DNA of 64,000 nt from contig NW_027191452.1 in the NCBI RefSeq assembly GCF_011745625.1, positions 372,001 through 436,000 of the forward strand. Direction: 5' to 3'. Position 1 is the stretch's first letter, and every line of letters starts with the position of its first letter. Shown one piece after another: positions 22,334 through 33,658 of this stretch. The position numbers and the translations under genes are program-made. This stretch comes from Cladosporium halotolerans (taxonomy: Eukaryota). The notes beneath the pieces are model-generated. The model did not search any database. It saw nothing but the letters and a program-made list of their open reading frames with translations, and was not told where the DNA came from.

Positions 22334-25012
22334 CTAGAGTCCATTCCAGAACCTCGTCTTTTGTACTCTCACGGAAGTTTCCAGAAATTCACCAGCGCTG
22401 CTGGTGCCTACCATGATCTTGTACTCGCCTGCCGCGCTACACCATCTGCTCTCTTTCTCCTCCCAGAAGCTAGTAGCTTTCACCAAGTCGACATCGATCT
22501 CCACATCAGCTTGCTCGCCGCCCTTCAGCAACTTCTTAATGAAACCCTTCAGCTCCTTCACTGGGCGCTTGATGGGCGGCGACACGGGCGCGACGTAGAC
22601 CTGCACGACCTCAGCGCCCTCGCGGCTACCAGTGTTCTCGAGCTTGCAACCAACAGAGATGATGTTGTTCTCCTTTTGCTGTAGATTGAGGTCCGACAGG
22701 TTGAAAGTGGTGTAAGACAGGCCGTGACCGAAGGCGAACGAAGGCTCGATTTCCATCTCCTCGTAGTATCGGTAGCCCACGTATACGTCCTCGCCGTACA
22801 GCACTCTGCCACCTTCGGATCGGTAGTTCAGGTACGTCGGATTGTCTTTCACGCGCTTGGGAAACGTGAGAGGGAGTTTGCCAGAAGGGTTGACGTCGCC
22901 ATAGATGATGTCTGCAATGCCGTGCCCGGTCTCGTTGCCACCGTACCAGGCCTGAATCACGGTTTTGGCTTTCTTGATCCACGGCATAGTCACAGGCGTG
23001 CCGCTTTGGATGACGATGACAGTGTTAGGGTTTGCATCAAGGACTTCAGAGATCAAATCATCGGTGTGAGGCGGCAGATCCATGGTCTCGCGGTCTTCGC
23101 CTTCCGACTCCCACTCGCCGCTCAAGCCGGCAAAGAGGACCACCTGGTCGACCTGCGAGGCGAGTTTGGCTGCTTCCCTAATGGCATTCTTCGTGTCGAT
23201 GCGCTTGCTGGCGCTGAAACGCAGACCTCCGTGGCCGAAGTCCACAGTGCCTGCTCGCTTGAGCGTGCTGGTCTTTGCGCAGCCCCATTGCACTGTGATG
23301 CGGTAAGACTGGCCGGCTTTGAGCTCGATATGGCCCATTTCCTCGACGGTGCCGGTGCCGAGGAAGCTGGAGCCAGGCTTTTGGTGCTTGACGTTGCTGA
23401 TCAAGAGTTTGCCGTCGACGAAGAGCTCCGCCGTGCCGGTGACGCTCAGTCCAAAGTCCCAGAGTCCGGACTCGCTAGGCGTGAAAAATCCATCTGCTTC
23501 AGCGTACCAGATCGTGTTCAGGTTGGGGTGGTTGTAGTCGACGAAGAAGATGATTGAATCCTTCAGACGGCGCTCTTCGAGCATCTCTCGTTTGTGGACA
23601 CTTGGTGGGTCGTTGAAAGTCCGAATCGTGAAGCCGCTCTTCCCGTCGGATGTGACGAGATCTCTGCCAATCTGAGGGAGCATCTTGTGTCCGTAGGCAC
23701 CTTGAGAGAACTCCACGGTTCCCTTCGCCTGAGCTTTGATGCCATCGTATGGTGTCACAGCTCTGTACGCGTTGAGAGATGCACTGCCGCCGCCGCAATA
23801 GGTGGTGATCTTGCTGTTAGGTCCGATGACTGCGATCGTTTTGTTCTTTATGAGCGGGAGCACTGCGTCGTCGTTCTTCAGCAGCACAGCGGCGTTCGCG
23901 GCCACCTCTCTGAGCAAGCTGCGGTCCTCCTCACGGTCGAGCTCTTCTTCAGGAGCATTTTCTGGGACTCCGGATTTTCCTGCCGTCTTGATGAGGTTCA
24001 AGACCTCGCGCACACGAGCATCGAGCTCAGACACCTTGACCTTATTGGCTGATACGGCATGTGCCAGGGCAGCACCACGCCACCTTGTTGGTCCCGGCAT
24101 TTCGAGATCAAGACCTGCTTTGATGGCTTCCGAAGTGCTGTACGTGCCAAACCTTTGGATATGTTAGTTCTGCATTATGCCTAAGCCCGAAACGAAAGCG
24201 CTCTTACCAATCAGACATCACAAGACCTTTCCAGCCCCATTCGCCTCTAAGGATATCTCTAAGCAACTCGGGCTTCTCTGACGCATGTACACCGTTGACT
24301 CGGTTATAAGCTGTCATGATGGCACCGGATTTGGAAGCCTCAATGGCAATCATGAAAGGCATCAAGTAGATTTCCCTCAAAGCTCGATCAGTCACGATCG
24401 AGCTTACCGCCATGCGTTCGTGCTCTTGGTCATTGCAGACAAAATGCTTCAGGCATGCAACTATATCTCTCTCCTGCAACCCGTTACAATACGATCCAGC
24501 AAGAGTCCCTGATAGTAAAGGATCCTCGGAGTACGATTCGAAGCCTCTGCCGCCCAAAGGTCCTCTCTGGATGTTGATGGTTGGACCGAGCACGACATGG
24601 GCGCCTTTCGCCTTAGCTTCGTCGGCCAGAAGGTTTCCAATGCGGCGCACAAGGGCTGTGTCAAAAGTGGCTCCAATGGCTGTGCCGCAAGGCAAGCACG
24701 CTGAGGGTGTGCTGCCGAAAAAGTGCGTCCCGCGGATGCCATTGGGTCCGTCGGAAGTCCGGATGGAGGGGATTTTCAGGCGTGGAATGTCCTGCGTGTG
24801 CCAGAAGTCCTTGCCTATCGTTGTGTCAGTATAGAACTTATAGCTTAATGTGGCGTTGAGTCTGGGGCCGGAATACCAGCAAGCAGCGCCGCCTTTTCTT
24901 CAATGGTTAATTCTGACAGAAGGGTGTCTACGTCGAAGCCATCAGGAAGCAGGTTCTTGCGAGCGCTAGCATCGTGTCTAGATGACGCCCTCTGTTGGCT
25001 ACTGGGTGCCAT
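22334..25012 (-). CDS. Intracellular GH3 beta-glucosidase with PA14 and FnIII-like domains (3 exons)
   Basis: [59 protein letters not shown] (nucleophile Asp), [18 protein letters not shown] and FGHGLSYT motifs. Introns 24815-24876 and about 24153-24207. No signal peptide. Alternative ATG at 25063. Confidence 0.93.
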
Positions 25013-25905
25013 CTTAGACTCGAGACAAGAGGAGATGATTGGGATGGAAGAATTTCCAGCCATTGGTGCTCTACCACTTTGCCTTTAATGTCGCGGGGTC
25101 GTCCAATGCGCGAACCGATGTCTGGGCAGGCTCCTCTCGCCGGTATTACGCGCCGTGTAACCGTGGGTATAGACAGGCTGTCAAGTCAAGAGTGGGCCCT
25201 CGACAGCCCCCCGGATCGTCAAGATTGGACATGTCGCAATTCGCCGACGTGTGCAAGCGAAGGACAAACGGCCAAGCGAGACGGGCTGAAGCGATCGCTT
25301 TTCCCCATAGAGCTACACTTGAGCGTCTTCCTATATATCTTTCAAGATCCCGTTTGCACAGATGAGAACATTCTCTTTATGCGAAGACGCCTCAAGCATG
25401 CAGAAGCTCGCCATTATTGTCGAGGTGACACCATAGTCGCTGGCACCTTCTCCGCAACAAGTATCTCCGATGAAGCCCAATCAGCGGTCTGGGTGCAGCA
25501 TCAAAACTCCGCGGAAGGGCTGGGACCCAACGGGCCGCTCAAGTGGGAAAGATGACTTTTCGGCACATTCCTAGCGCAGAGTGGATCCTCGTGTCACCGC
25601 ATGTGCCTGATCAAGATTTGATGTCCGTGAGCGGAGGAGCCTGGATTCTGGAGTCTGGAGGCGAGTGTGGAGGTTTCTGGAGGCGAATGCGGAGGTCACA
25701 ACCACCATGAGGCACTGGCATCTCATTGCACAGTACATTGCTTTGCCTTTGTGGTGAGAAAGCCTCTCATGATCATGGTATAAAACCACCGAGTCTCAAG
25801 GACCACCGGCCCAGGAGCCCCACCGTCAGTCGGAGTTTTGCACCGACCCTGGTTCACCAATTCTCGCCGCCTCCTCTAAGGACTCCCACATCACATCCAC
25901 CCGAG

Positions 25906-27578
25906 ATGGGATCTGATAATGGTGCCACGCGAAAGGCTGTCGGCGATGAGCTGCTCGCAGTCTTGCCGCAAGGCGGTCCGGCATGGTACAGGCAAGCGCA
26001 CCTGCTGAGACTAAACTTTGTGGTGTTATCGCTTGTCATGTTTTGTAGGTGGCATCGCGAATCCAATAAATCCATCTAGCTGACAGTGATAGCCTCTGCA
26101 AGCGGCTACGATGGCTCCCTCATGAACGGACTGCAGGCCTTACAACAATGGCGCGACTTCATGGATACTCCCACAGGCGTCTGGCTCGGCTTCATCAATG
26201 CCATCTACTGGGCCGGTGGCGGCATAGCCTACATGATCATGCCGTGGGTCTCTAACAATTACGGTCGTAAGGCAGGTGTCTACATCGGATATCTCCTTCT
26301 CATTATCGGTGTCGGGCTCGTTGGCTCAGATAGCGAAGCCGGGTTCATCCTGTCGCGCTTCTTCGTCGGATGCGCCTCGGCATGCTTCTTGAGTTCCGTG
26401 CCACTGCTCATGAACGAGATCGCGTACCCAACACATCGCGGGATCGTCAGCGCTTTGTTCATGTGCGGATGGTACGTCGGAGGGACTCTCGCTGCCTTCA
26501 TCACCTTCGGCACCCGGAATATCGAGGGTAACATGGCTTGGCGTATCCCAAGTATTCTACAGATCCTTATTCCTGCCATCGCTCTTCCAGGTCTGATATG
26601 GGCCCCTCAGTCGCCCCGGTGGCTGGTCTCACTCGAACGCGGGGGAGAAGCACGAGCGGTCTTGGAGAAATGGCACGCAAATGGCGACACAAACTCGGCG
26701 CTGGTCAACTACGAAGTCCTGGAGATCACCGAAACACTCATGATGGAGAAGCAGGCACACGACAGTGCCAGCTATACCGAGATGTTCAAGACGCCGGGAA
26801 ATCGTCACCGCCTGTTCATCTCAGTGTCCCTGGGAATCTTTGTTCAGTGGTGCGGCAATGGTGTGGTGTCGTATTATCTCGCATTGGTCTTGGACACCGT
26901 CGGCGTGCAGAGCGTGACAGATCAGACGCTCATCTCTGCATTTCTCAATGTGTGGAACCTCATCTTCTCTGTGGCAGCAGCCTTTTCCGTCGACAGACTT
27001 GGCCGACGTCCTCTATTCCTTTTGTCGGCAGGCATCATGCTGGTCGGATTTGTCCTTGTCACAGCTCTTTCAGGATCTTTTGCAGAAAACGGTCACGCTG
27101 CCACCGGCATCGCAGTGATTCCCTTTTTGTTCATCTTCTTTGCCGGTTACGATATTGCCATGTAAGACCTCCATCTTTCGACGCAGAACCACTCACTAAC
27201 GAAAACCGCAGGACACCTTTCCAAATTGCCTACCCCTGCGAAATCTGGCCCTACCGCCTCCGCTCCCGCGGCCTCACGGTCACACTCATCACCTCAGTCG
27301 TGGCCATCTTCTTCAACACGTTCGTCAACCCGATCGCTCTGGAGCGTATCGGCTGGAAGTACTATATCGTGTTCATCGTCGTCCTCATCCTTTTGGGGCT
27401 CACTGTGTACTTCTACTACCCGGAAACTAGAGGCCACACATTAGAGCAGATGGCAGTCATCTTTGATGGCGATGACGCTGAGGTGCCTGCTGCGACAGTG
27501 ATGGCTGAGAGGTCGCGGAGCATTGTCTCTGAGAAGCACGCGATCGTCGTGTCGAGCGACCACGATGAACGGTTATGA
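25906..27578 (+). CDS. MFS sugar porter, lactose permease/cellodextrin transporter-like (3 exons)
   Basis: GYDGSLMNGLQ, YGRK, EIAYPTHRG, WRIP, PQSPRWL, QWCGNGVVSYY, VDRLGRRPL, YPCEIWPYRLRSRG and PETRGHTLEQM motifs. Introns at about 26046-26092 and 27162-27211. Confidence 0.92.
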
Positions 27579-27743
27579 TTTTACGATATTGAACGATGTT
27601 AAGACGATTGAACAAATGGCTGTACTACTGGTACATGTGCCTTGCGCATTCGCCAACAATTTTCTGCGAGCGTGATGTTATGTGTTAGACGCTTCTACTC
27701 TTATCTCCGCCTCCAACACAAACTCCTCTCGCCCCATCACACC

Positions 27744-29608
27744 CTACCGCCCCCTCCTCCCCTGCTCCCGATCCGTATCGACCCACGTCTGCAAATTCGT
27801 CGTCATAACCACCTCGCTCGCATCCAGCCTCGACAGAATCTGCGTGAACTCCCTCACATAGCCCGCGGCGCGCACAGAAGCCGGATCCCGCTCCCCGAAC
27901 GGACAGCCCAGAAGCCCGACCGCGACGTCGCGGACCTTGTACGCGAAGTGCAGGGCGTTGGGCTCGACGGCGCGCGGCGCGATGCCGTGCAGCAGGTGGA
28001 TGAGCTGCGCGGCCAGGTTCTCGCGCTCGGCCCAGCGGCTCTCGACGGTCGCGAGGTGCGCGGGCGAGGTGGCGGGGCAGGTCTCGGCAGAGAGCGAGTC
28101 GAGCTGGTCGAGCAGGATGCTGCGCAGCCAAATGTGGGTCACGTGCAGGTTGGCGCGGATGGCGCCGTATTGCGTGGAGAGGATTTCTTGGTCTCGAGGG
28201 GAGGTGGTTGAGGATTGGTTGATGGGGCGCAGGGCCCATTGGCGGAGTTCGGGCGGGATCGCGTCCAGGGTGTATTTTAGGTCTTGCAGGCGGCTTTGGA
28301 CGTGAGCGGCTCGTTCGCGGCGGTCGTGGAAGTGGGAGCAGGTGCAAGGTCTGCGAGCACTTCCAGGTGTTGAAGGATCGCCCCACGATTCCACGGCAGC
28401 CCACCACACCAGGTTTGCGAGGTTGAAGCCGGTTGTCAGGTTGGGCTGTGGGGATAACTCTGGGACGACTCTATCCTCAAAGATTGCCTCGTCTTCTACG
28501 TCTAGGGGCATCAATGCCTCCGGATCAATTTGCTGAAGTAGCGCGGGGTCAAGATAAGTCAGACGCTCTTTGAGGAGTGACTGAACGGAGTGATGCCTAG
28601 CAATCGCATCAGTCAGAAGAAAAGGTGGTCCAAAGGATCGAAATCTAGAGGAGATGGGGTACTCACACGTGGCTATAGAAAACTAACCAGAACCCTTTCT
28701 TCCTCAGCTGCGTCTCGATGTGATTGAGCCCTGTATATCCTGTCATATTGTGCAAACCAAGCATCCGGGCCAGCTGTAGACACTCGGCTTCAATCATCCG
28801 TGAGCGGTTAACTTGTCCAATCTGGAAGAATGCAATGTCGAAGAGATAGGGGATTGCGAACTTCTGAAAGCTGATCTCGTCGAAATAGTCAGGTCCGCGC
28901 AAACTGAGAAGGACCGAATAGGCGTGATGAATGAAGTCCTTGCGTGATCCGAGCGAGTATCCGGGCTTGTGGTCGCGGTAAGTTTCGAATCTGCTTGGGA
29001 CGTTGCCGACTATTACTGCGCACATGGCTATTATTAAACCGAGAAAGTCCGAGTCGTGAGAGTCTTGATTCGTCGCGATTGATCGCCGAAAGGTAGGTCG
29101 GTGGACTACTGGTATCAGAGGATACAGTAGGTTCATGTAATCTTCCAGCATCAAAAGAACAATCTCTCTTGGACACAGGTCGTCTGTTGCATATCGAGGA
29201 GAGTTGGGTGACAAGCCAGTTGTCTGCATCGGTGAAATGCTTGAGGTCGGAGGGTCACCTGGGGAGGAACCAGGTCTTAGTAGACCATCCTCTCCGCTGC
29301 CGGTTGACCCAGGCGAAAGCAATGCTGCGGGACGGCCATTGAGACTGATTTCTTGAAGCGAAACCGAAGAGGTGTGTTTCCTGGGTCTGAGGTCAGACTA
29401 CAGACGGCTTGAACGAGGAATCTTCCTACCTTCGCTTTGGCCCTCGCGCCGACGTCGGCATATCAAACGTGCATGTCAACGACAAATGCACACATCGGCT
29501 GCACTGGCTACCCGGACTGCCGTCTTTGCATCTCACTTTCCTGAGCCGGCAGCCATCGCAAGCCTGGCTCGCCAAAATGCGTTTCTGCGCAGCCGGCGGA
29601 TCCGTCAT
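27744..29608 (-). CDS. Zn(II)2Cys6 fungal transcription factor with a middle homology region (3 exons)
   Basis: ACDGCRLRKVRC..CSRCVHLSLTC binuclear cluster followed by RGPKR; YPLIPVVHRPTF and ETQLRKKGFW. Introns 29381-29429 and 28597-28666 keep the frame. Confidence 0.9.
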
Positions 29609-30001
29609 CGCCTCGCACGCTCACGAGGCCCTTTCAGCATCGCGATATCGAGATTTGATCACGATATTGCGATCGCGTGGCGCGTTCGTTGCCAACAATG
29701 GGCTTGTTGGGGGAGAATCGTGGTGGTTGTCGACGTTCCACCCCGCGTGGGAAACTTAAATCGACTCTTGGGCCCGAGAGCCGGGGACGGCGCCCTGCAC
29801 TTCCCGTCAGCGCCTGGCATGGATGCCAGCTTGATAAGACCTTGACAACCATATTCCCCTATGGGAAAGTACGGCGAAATGAGTCACTTAAGAGCGCCAG
29901 CAGCGTGTCTGTACCACTGTACGGACGTGTTTCTACCTGCGTTGAGAGATTAATCCATTTTTAACTGTTCCACACGCCCTATCAGCTGCCAACTGATCGA
30001 C

Positions 30002-31372
30002 ATGTCTCCCTATAAGCAATTCGCCTTGGACGATTGGGGTTAGTCGATGCTTTCCCACTAGCAACAAGACTGACCATAGCTAACGAAGATTCTAGTCCAT
30101 AGATACGGGGTACGGAAGACCTATCGCTAAACTTGACAGAACATCTGCTGACTGCGCTCCGAAGTCGAGTTGCAAGATCGGATTGCATGGTAGGTCGCCC
30201 TATCAAATTGCTGTATCAGTAGCTGAAACGCGACAGGATCCGCCGTGCAAGCCCTCTCGCTCTCAGACCTGCAATCATTCTCCCCAACAACGCCAATCCT
30301 TGACCCAGACGTCGCATTGACATACGGCCCAACTCACGGCTTACCCACTCTTCGTGAAAAGATCCGAGATCTGTACCGTGCCCCGGATGGTCAACACGCA
30401 ATTGACAGCGAGGACGTCCTCGTCACAGCCGGAGCGATAGACGCGAACCACCTGGTCCTAGAGTCCGTCCTCAAAGCCGGCGACCACGTCATCATCCAAT
30501 ACCCAATCTACGGACCGCTTCTCGAAATCCCTAGGAGCTTAGGAGCTGAAGTCTCGTTCTGGAAATGGCGAGAGGGCGGCAGTTTCTCCGAGTGGATGCT
30601 GGACATCGAGGAGCTGAAGGCGATGATCAAACCGAAGACCAAACTCATCATGCTCAACAATCCCACCAACCCGACGGGTTTCATACTGTCTCGCGAGAAG
30701 ATGCAGCAAATCGTCGACCTTGCCAAAGCGCACGGTATCCTGATCATGTGCGACGAGGTGTTTAGGTACCTGCACCACGACGACAAGGTGCCGGAGCCGC
30801 CATCGCTGCTGGAGCTCGGCTACGAAATGTCAATCGTGACCAGCAGCGTCTCCAAAGCCTTCGCGCTACCTGGACTCCGAGTAGGATGGGTTGCCGTCTC
30901 ACCGGACCTCCGAAACACGCTGCTGAAGGACATCCTTCGGACCAGAGACTACACGACCATCACCGTCAGCCAAATCGACCAGCAGGTGGCCGCGTACGTC
31001 CTCAGGCCAGACGTCCGAGCGCCCATTTTGGAGCGGAGCAGAGCCATTTGCCGGCGCAACATGGCGGTCATCCGTGAGTGGGCTGCGCAGAGACCTTGGG
31101 TGGAGTACATCGATCCGCAAGGTGCGGGCACCTGTACGGTTCGAATCCGAGGGACTCGGGGTGACATTGTTGACGATGAATTGTTCGCAAAGAAATTAGC
31201 CGACTCCGAGAGCGTCTGTGTCCCTCCGGCCGGCCTATGCTTCGGGCAAGAGGCAGATGGGAAAGGCGAGACTTCCTTTGCAGGCTGCTTGCGAGTTGGG
31301 ATTGTGACTGAAGCGGGAGTCGTGGAGGAGGGACTGGATGCGATCGCGAAGCTACAGGCAAAGTGGCCATGA
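30002..31372 (+). CDS. PLP-dependent aminotransferase, class I/II (4 exons, three short 5' exons)
   Basis: LTYGPTHG..LRE.I, VTAGAIDAN, LNNPTNPTG, DEVFR and SVSKAFALPGLRVGW (PLP lysine). Predicted exons 30002-30038, 30096-30109, 30165-30189 and 30237-31372 give MSPYKQFALDDWVHRYGSSCKIGLHGSAVQALSL. Confidence 0.88.
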
Positions 31373-31427
31373 AAGGCTCGTACATCGTGGTCGGATGTTC
31401 TATATGCATCTCGCTTGTCTCCCAAAC

Positions 31428-33038
31428 CTAAATCTCATACCTGTCCAGCGGCGAGTGCTCAGGCCTGTAAACGAAATGATCAAACTTCGCCGGCAGCGCC
31501 GTACCGTTGAGATCAGAGCACGCCATGCCGACAAAAGCGCCCGTGAAGCTGCCATGCGCCTGGTGACCACCGCACTCATCACACAGCAGGGATGCGTCGA
31601 ACACCGGACCAAACTTCTCAAGCTCCTTGCCATCCAGGGCATAAGAAAACTGCAGATCCGGGCCTCGGATCGAAAGTGCCAGCTTTACCTTGCCCTCGTT
31701 CGGGATCCTGACGGGCTCGACGAACGGCTTCTCGAGCTTGCCCTCTGGATACGAGGCTTCGGAGCTCATGATCAGCAGCTCTCGCTGGCCCTCTGCGTCT
31801 GCTGTGATGGTGAGATAAAAGAAGTTGTAGCGGCAGTAGTAAGCCGTCAAGCCGGCGAACTGCCTCTCGTCTTCGGGCGAGAAGTCGACGACAGTCTCTG
31901 CGTCGTAGGAAAAGTGAGTTTGCCGGCGGGCGACGAGGGCTTGTTCGAACCACGAGCCGATCGATTCGCGGCCGAAGAGCGTCAGCCTGCTGTCTGCCAC
32001 GCTGAAGATGCGATCCGTCTCGGGCGTGCGGAGCCATTGGAAGTCCTTTGGCAGCTGCTTGTCGAAGGTGTAGCGTAGCTCCGCCCAGTACTTTGACTCG
32101 TCCCGCGTGCCGGGCACCTCGATGTGCAAAGACGGTACGGGCCCGTTCTTCACGTACAGCCAGTCGTCCTCCCAGTACGCCTCCTGCAGTCCACACTCCC
32201 GGCCCAGCACGCAGCGGCGGCTTTGCGTCGTAGGCCTACCTGTCAGGTGAACGAGATAAGTCTTGCCATCGGGCGTGTCTACGATGTCACCGTGGCCGGC
32301 GCGCTGCAAAGCCGCAAAGGGATGATCCTTTGAAGTCAGAATGTGCTGCTTCGGATGCGTTTCGTATGGGCCCCAGATGTCGCGGGATCTCGCTAGAGTA
32401 CAAGCGTGCTCGTAAGCTGTACCGCCTTCCGCAGTGAGGAGGTAGTAGTAGCCATTGCGTTTGTAAAGGTGGGGTCCCTCGACGAGGTCGAGATCGGTGC
32501 CAAAGAAGACCGTCTTTCGTGGGCCCACTAGCTTCCCTGCCTTGTGGTCATACTCCTGCAGCCGAATTCCAGCGAACGAGCGAGGCCTGCTCCGGTGATC
32601 CCAGAGCATGTTGACGAACCACTTTTTGCCATCGTCATCGTGAAAAAGCGACGGGTCGAAACCAGAAGAGTTCACGTGGACTGGGTCGGACCATTCGCCT
32701 GCGATATCCGTCGCGGTGACAATATAGTTATGCGTATCCTTGAACGAGCCGTCTTTGCGTTTCACGTCGGTGTACACGAGCCAGAACTTCTCGCCATCGT
32801 GAGTAAGACACGGCGCCCAGACACCACAGCTGTCCGGGTCACCTCGCATGTCGAGTTGGGCTTTACGGTTGAGCGGGCGTGTCAGCAGCTCCCAATTTGC
32901 GAGGTCCTTGGAGTGATGAATCTGGACTCCAGGGTACCATTCGAATGTTGAAGTGGCGATATAGTAGTCATCGCCGACCCTGAGGACGGAGGGGTCGGCG
33001 TTGAAGCCTGGGAGGATGGGATTGCGGATTTGGGGCAT
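31428..33038 (-). CDS. Intracellular GH43 beta-xylosidase/alpha-L-arabinofuranosidase with a C-terminal beta-sandwich domain
   Basis: MPQIRNPILPGFNADPS, WAP, GFDPSLF, EGPHLYK, TAEGGT, GHGD, LGRE and FTGAFVG motifs. Intronless with no signal peptide. The likely start is the ATG at 33038. Confidence 0.93.
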   Translation of the reverse strand: MPQIRNPILPGFNADPSVLRVGDDYYIATSTFEWYPGVQIHHSKDLANWELLTRPLNRKAQLDMRGDPDSCGVWAPCLTHDGEKFWLVYTDVKRKDGSFKDTHNYIVTATDIAGEWSDPVHVNSSGFDPSLFHDDDGKKWFVNMLWDHRSRPRSFAGIRLQEYDHKAGKLVGPRKTVFFGTDLDLVEGPHLYKRNGYYYLLTAEGGTAYEHACTLARSRDIWGPYETHPKQHILTSKDHPFAALQRAGHGDIVDTPDGKTYLVHLTGRPTTQSRRCVLGRECGLQEAYWEDDWLYVKNGPVPSLHIEVPGTRDESKYWAELRYTFDKQLPKDFQWLRTPETDRIFSVADSRLTLFGRESIGSWFEQALVARRQTHFSYDAETVVDFSPEDERQFAGLTAYYCRYNFFYLTITADAEGQRELLIMSSEASYPEGKLEKPFVEPVRIPNEGKVKLALSIRGPDLQFSYALDGKELEKFGPVFDASLLCDECGGHQAHGSFTGAFVGMACSDLNGTALPAKFDHFVYRPEHSPLDRYEI

Positions 33039-33155
33039 TGTGTAAATATGTGCTACTCTATGGAGAGTCAGTAGGATAGGAAGGGCATGATATGTCTTAC
33101 ATTTTAAATTGTTATCGATGATAGAGGGGCAGTGTTGTCCCCACCATAAGAGGTG

Positions 33156-33162
33156 TTTAGCC
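33156..33162 (-). promoter_or_regulatory. XlnR/Xyr1 consensus site GGCTAAA
   Basis: Exact GGCTAAA on the minus strand about 120 bp upstream of the GH43 start. It is a single 7-mer, so a chance match is possible. Confidence 0.45.
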
Positions 33163-33658
33163 ATTTATCCGGAAGGTGATGGATTGGGGAAGCCGAGGGC
33201 CAGGGCTGAATGACAAGCCATCTTGCTCACTGGGCACGTGGAGAGCTTAGGTCTTGACGGCTGGACAAATTTCGCAGCCTTCCCTCTAAGCATATTGAAG
33301 AGTGAATACATGTTGAGATCAAGAGATGAGAGTACCAACTTGAGTTGCAGAGGCGAGGTTGGAGGGTCGGATTCTCCGCTTTTGGCAGCGAGCTCACTCA
33401 CCCATCCGCCATGATCTTGTGTAACTTGACCTCTTTAATGTTCCGGAACGTTTTTGAGCCTGGAGACATAGGAGACATTGACTTATATCATCAGTTGACG
33501 TATATTGCTTTTGCACACCTCAGCCATGGCATCACTCAACCCCTCGGCATTCACGAATACCTGCAAGCTTACCTATGCCCATGCGTGGAGCTTCATGTTG
33601 CTAACGTTGATTTGAATCTTCATATGTCACAGTAGCCCCATTTACACACTTCGTATAT

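Noticed and set aside
33039..33164. N-terminal extension of the GH43 ORF (and similar extensions at 18589, 35137, 36423, 39635 and 53636)
   Set aside because: Artefacts of ORF calling through UTRs or introns. The conserved N-termini or splice sites lie elsewhere.
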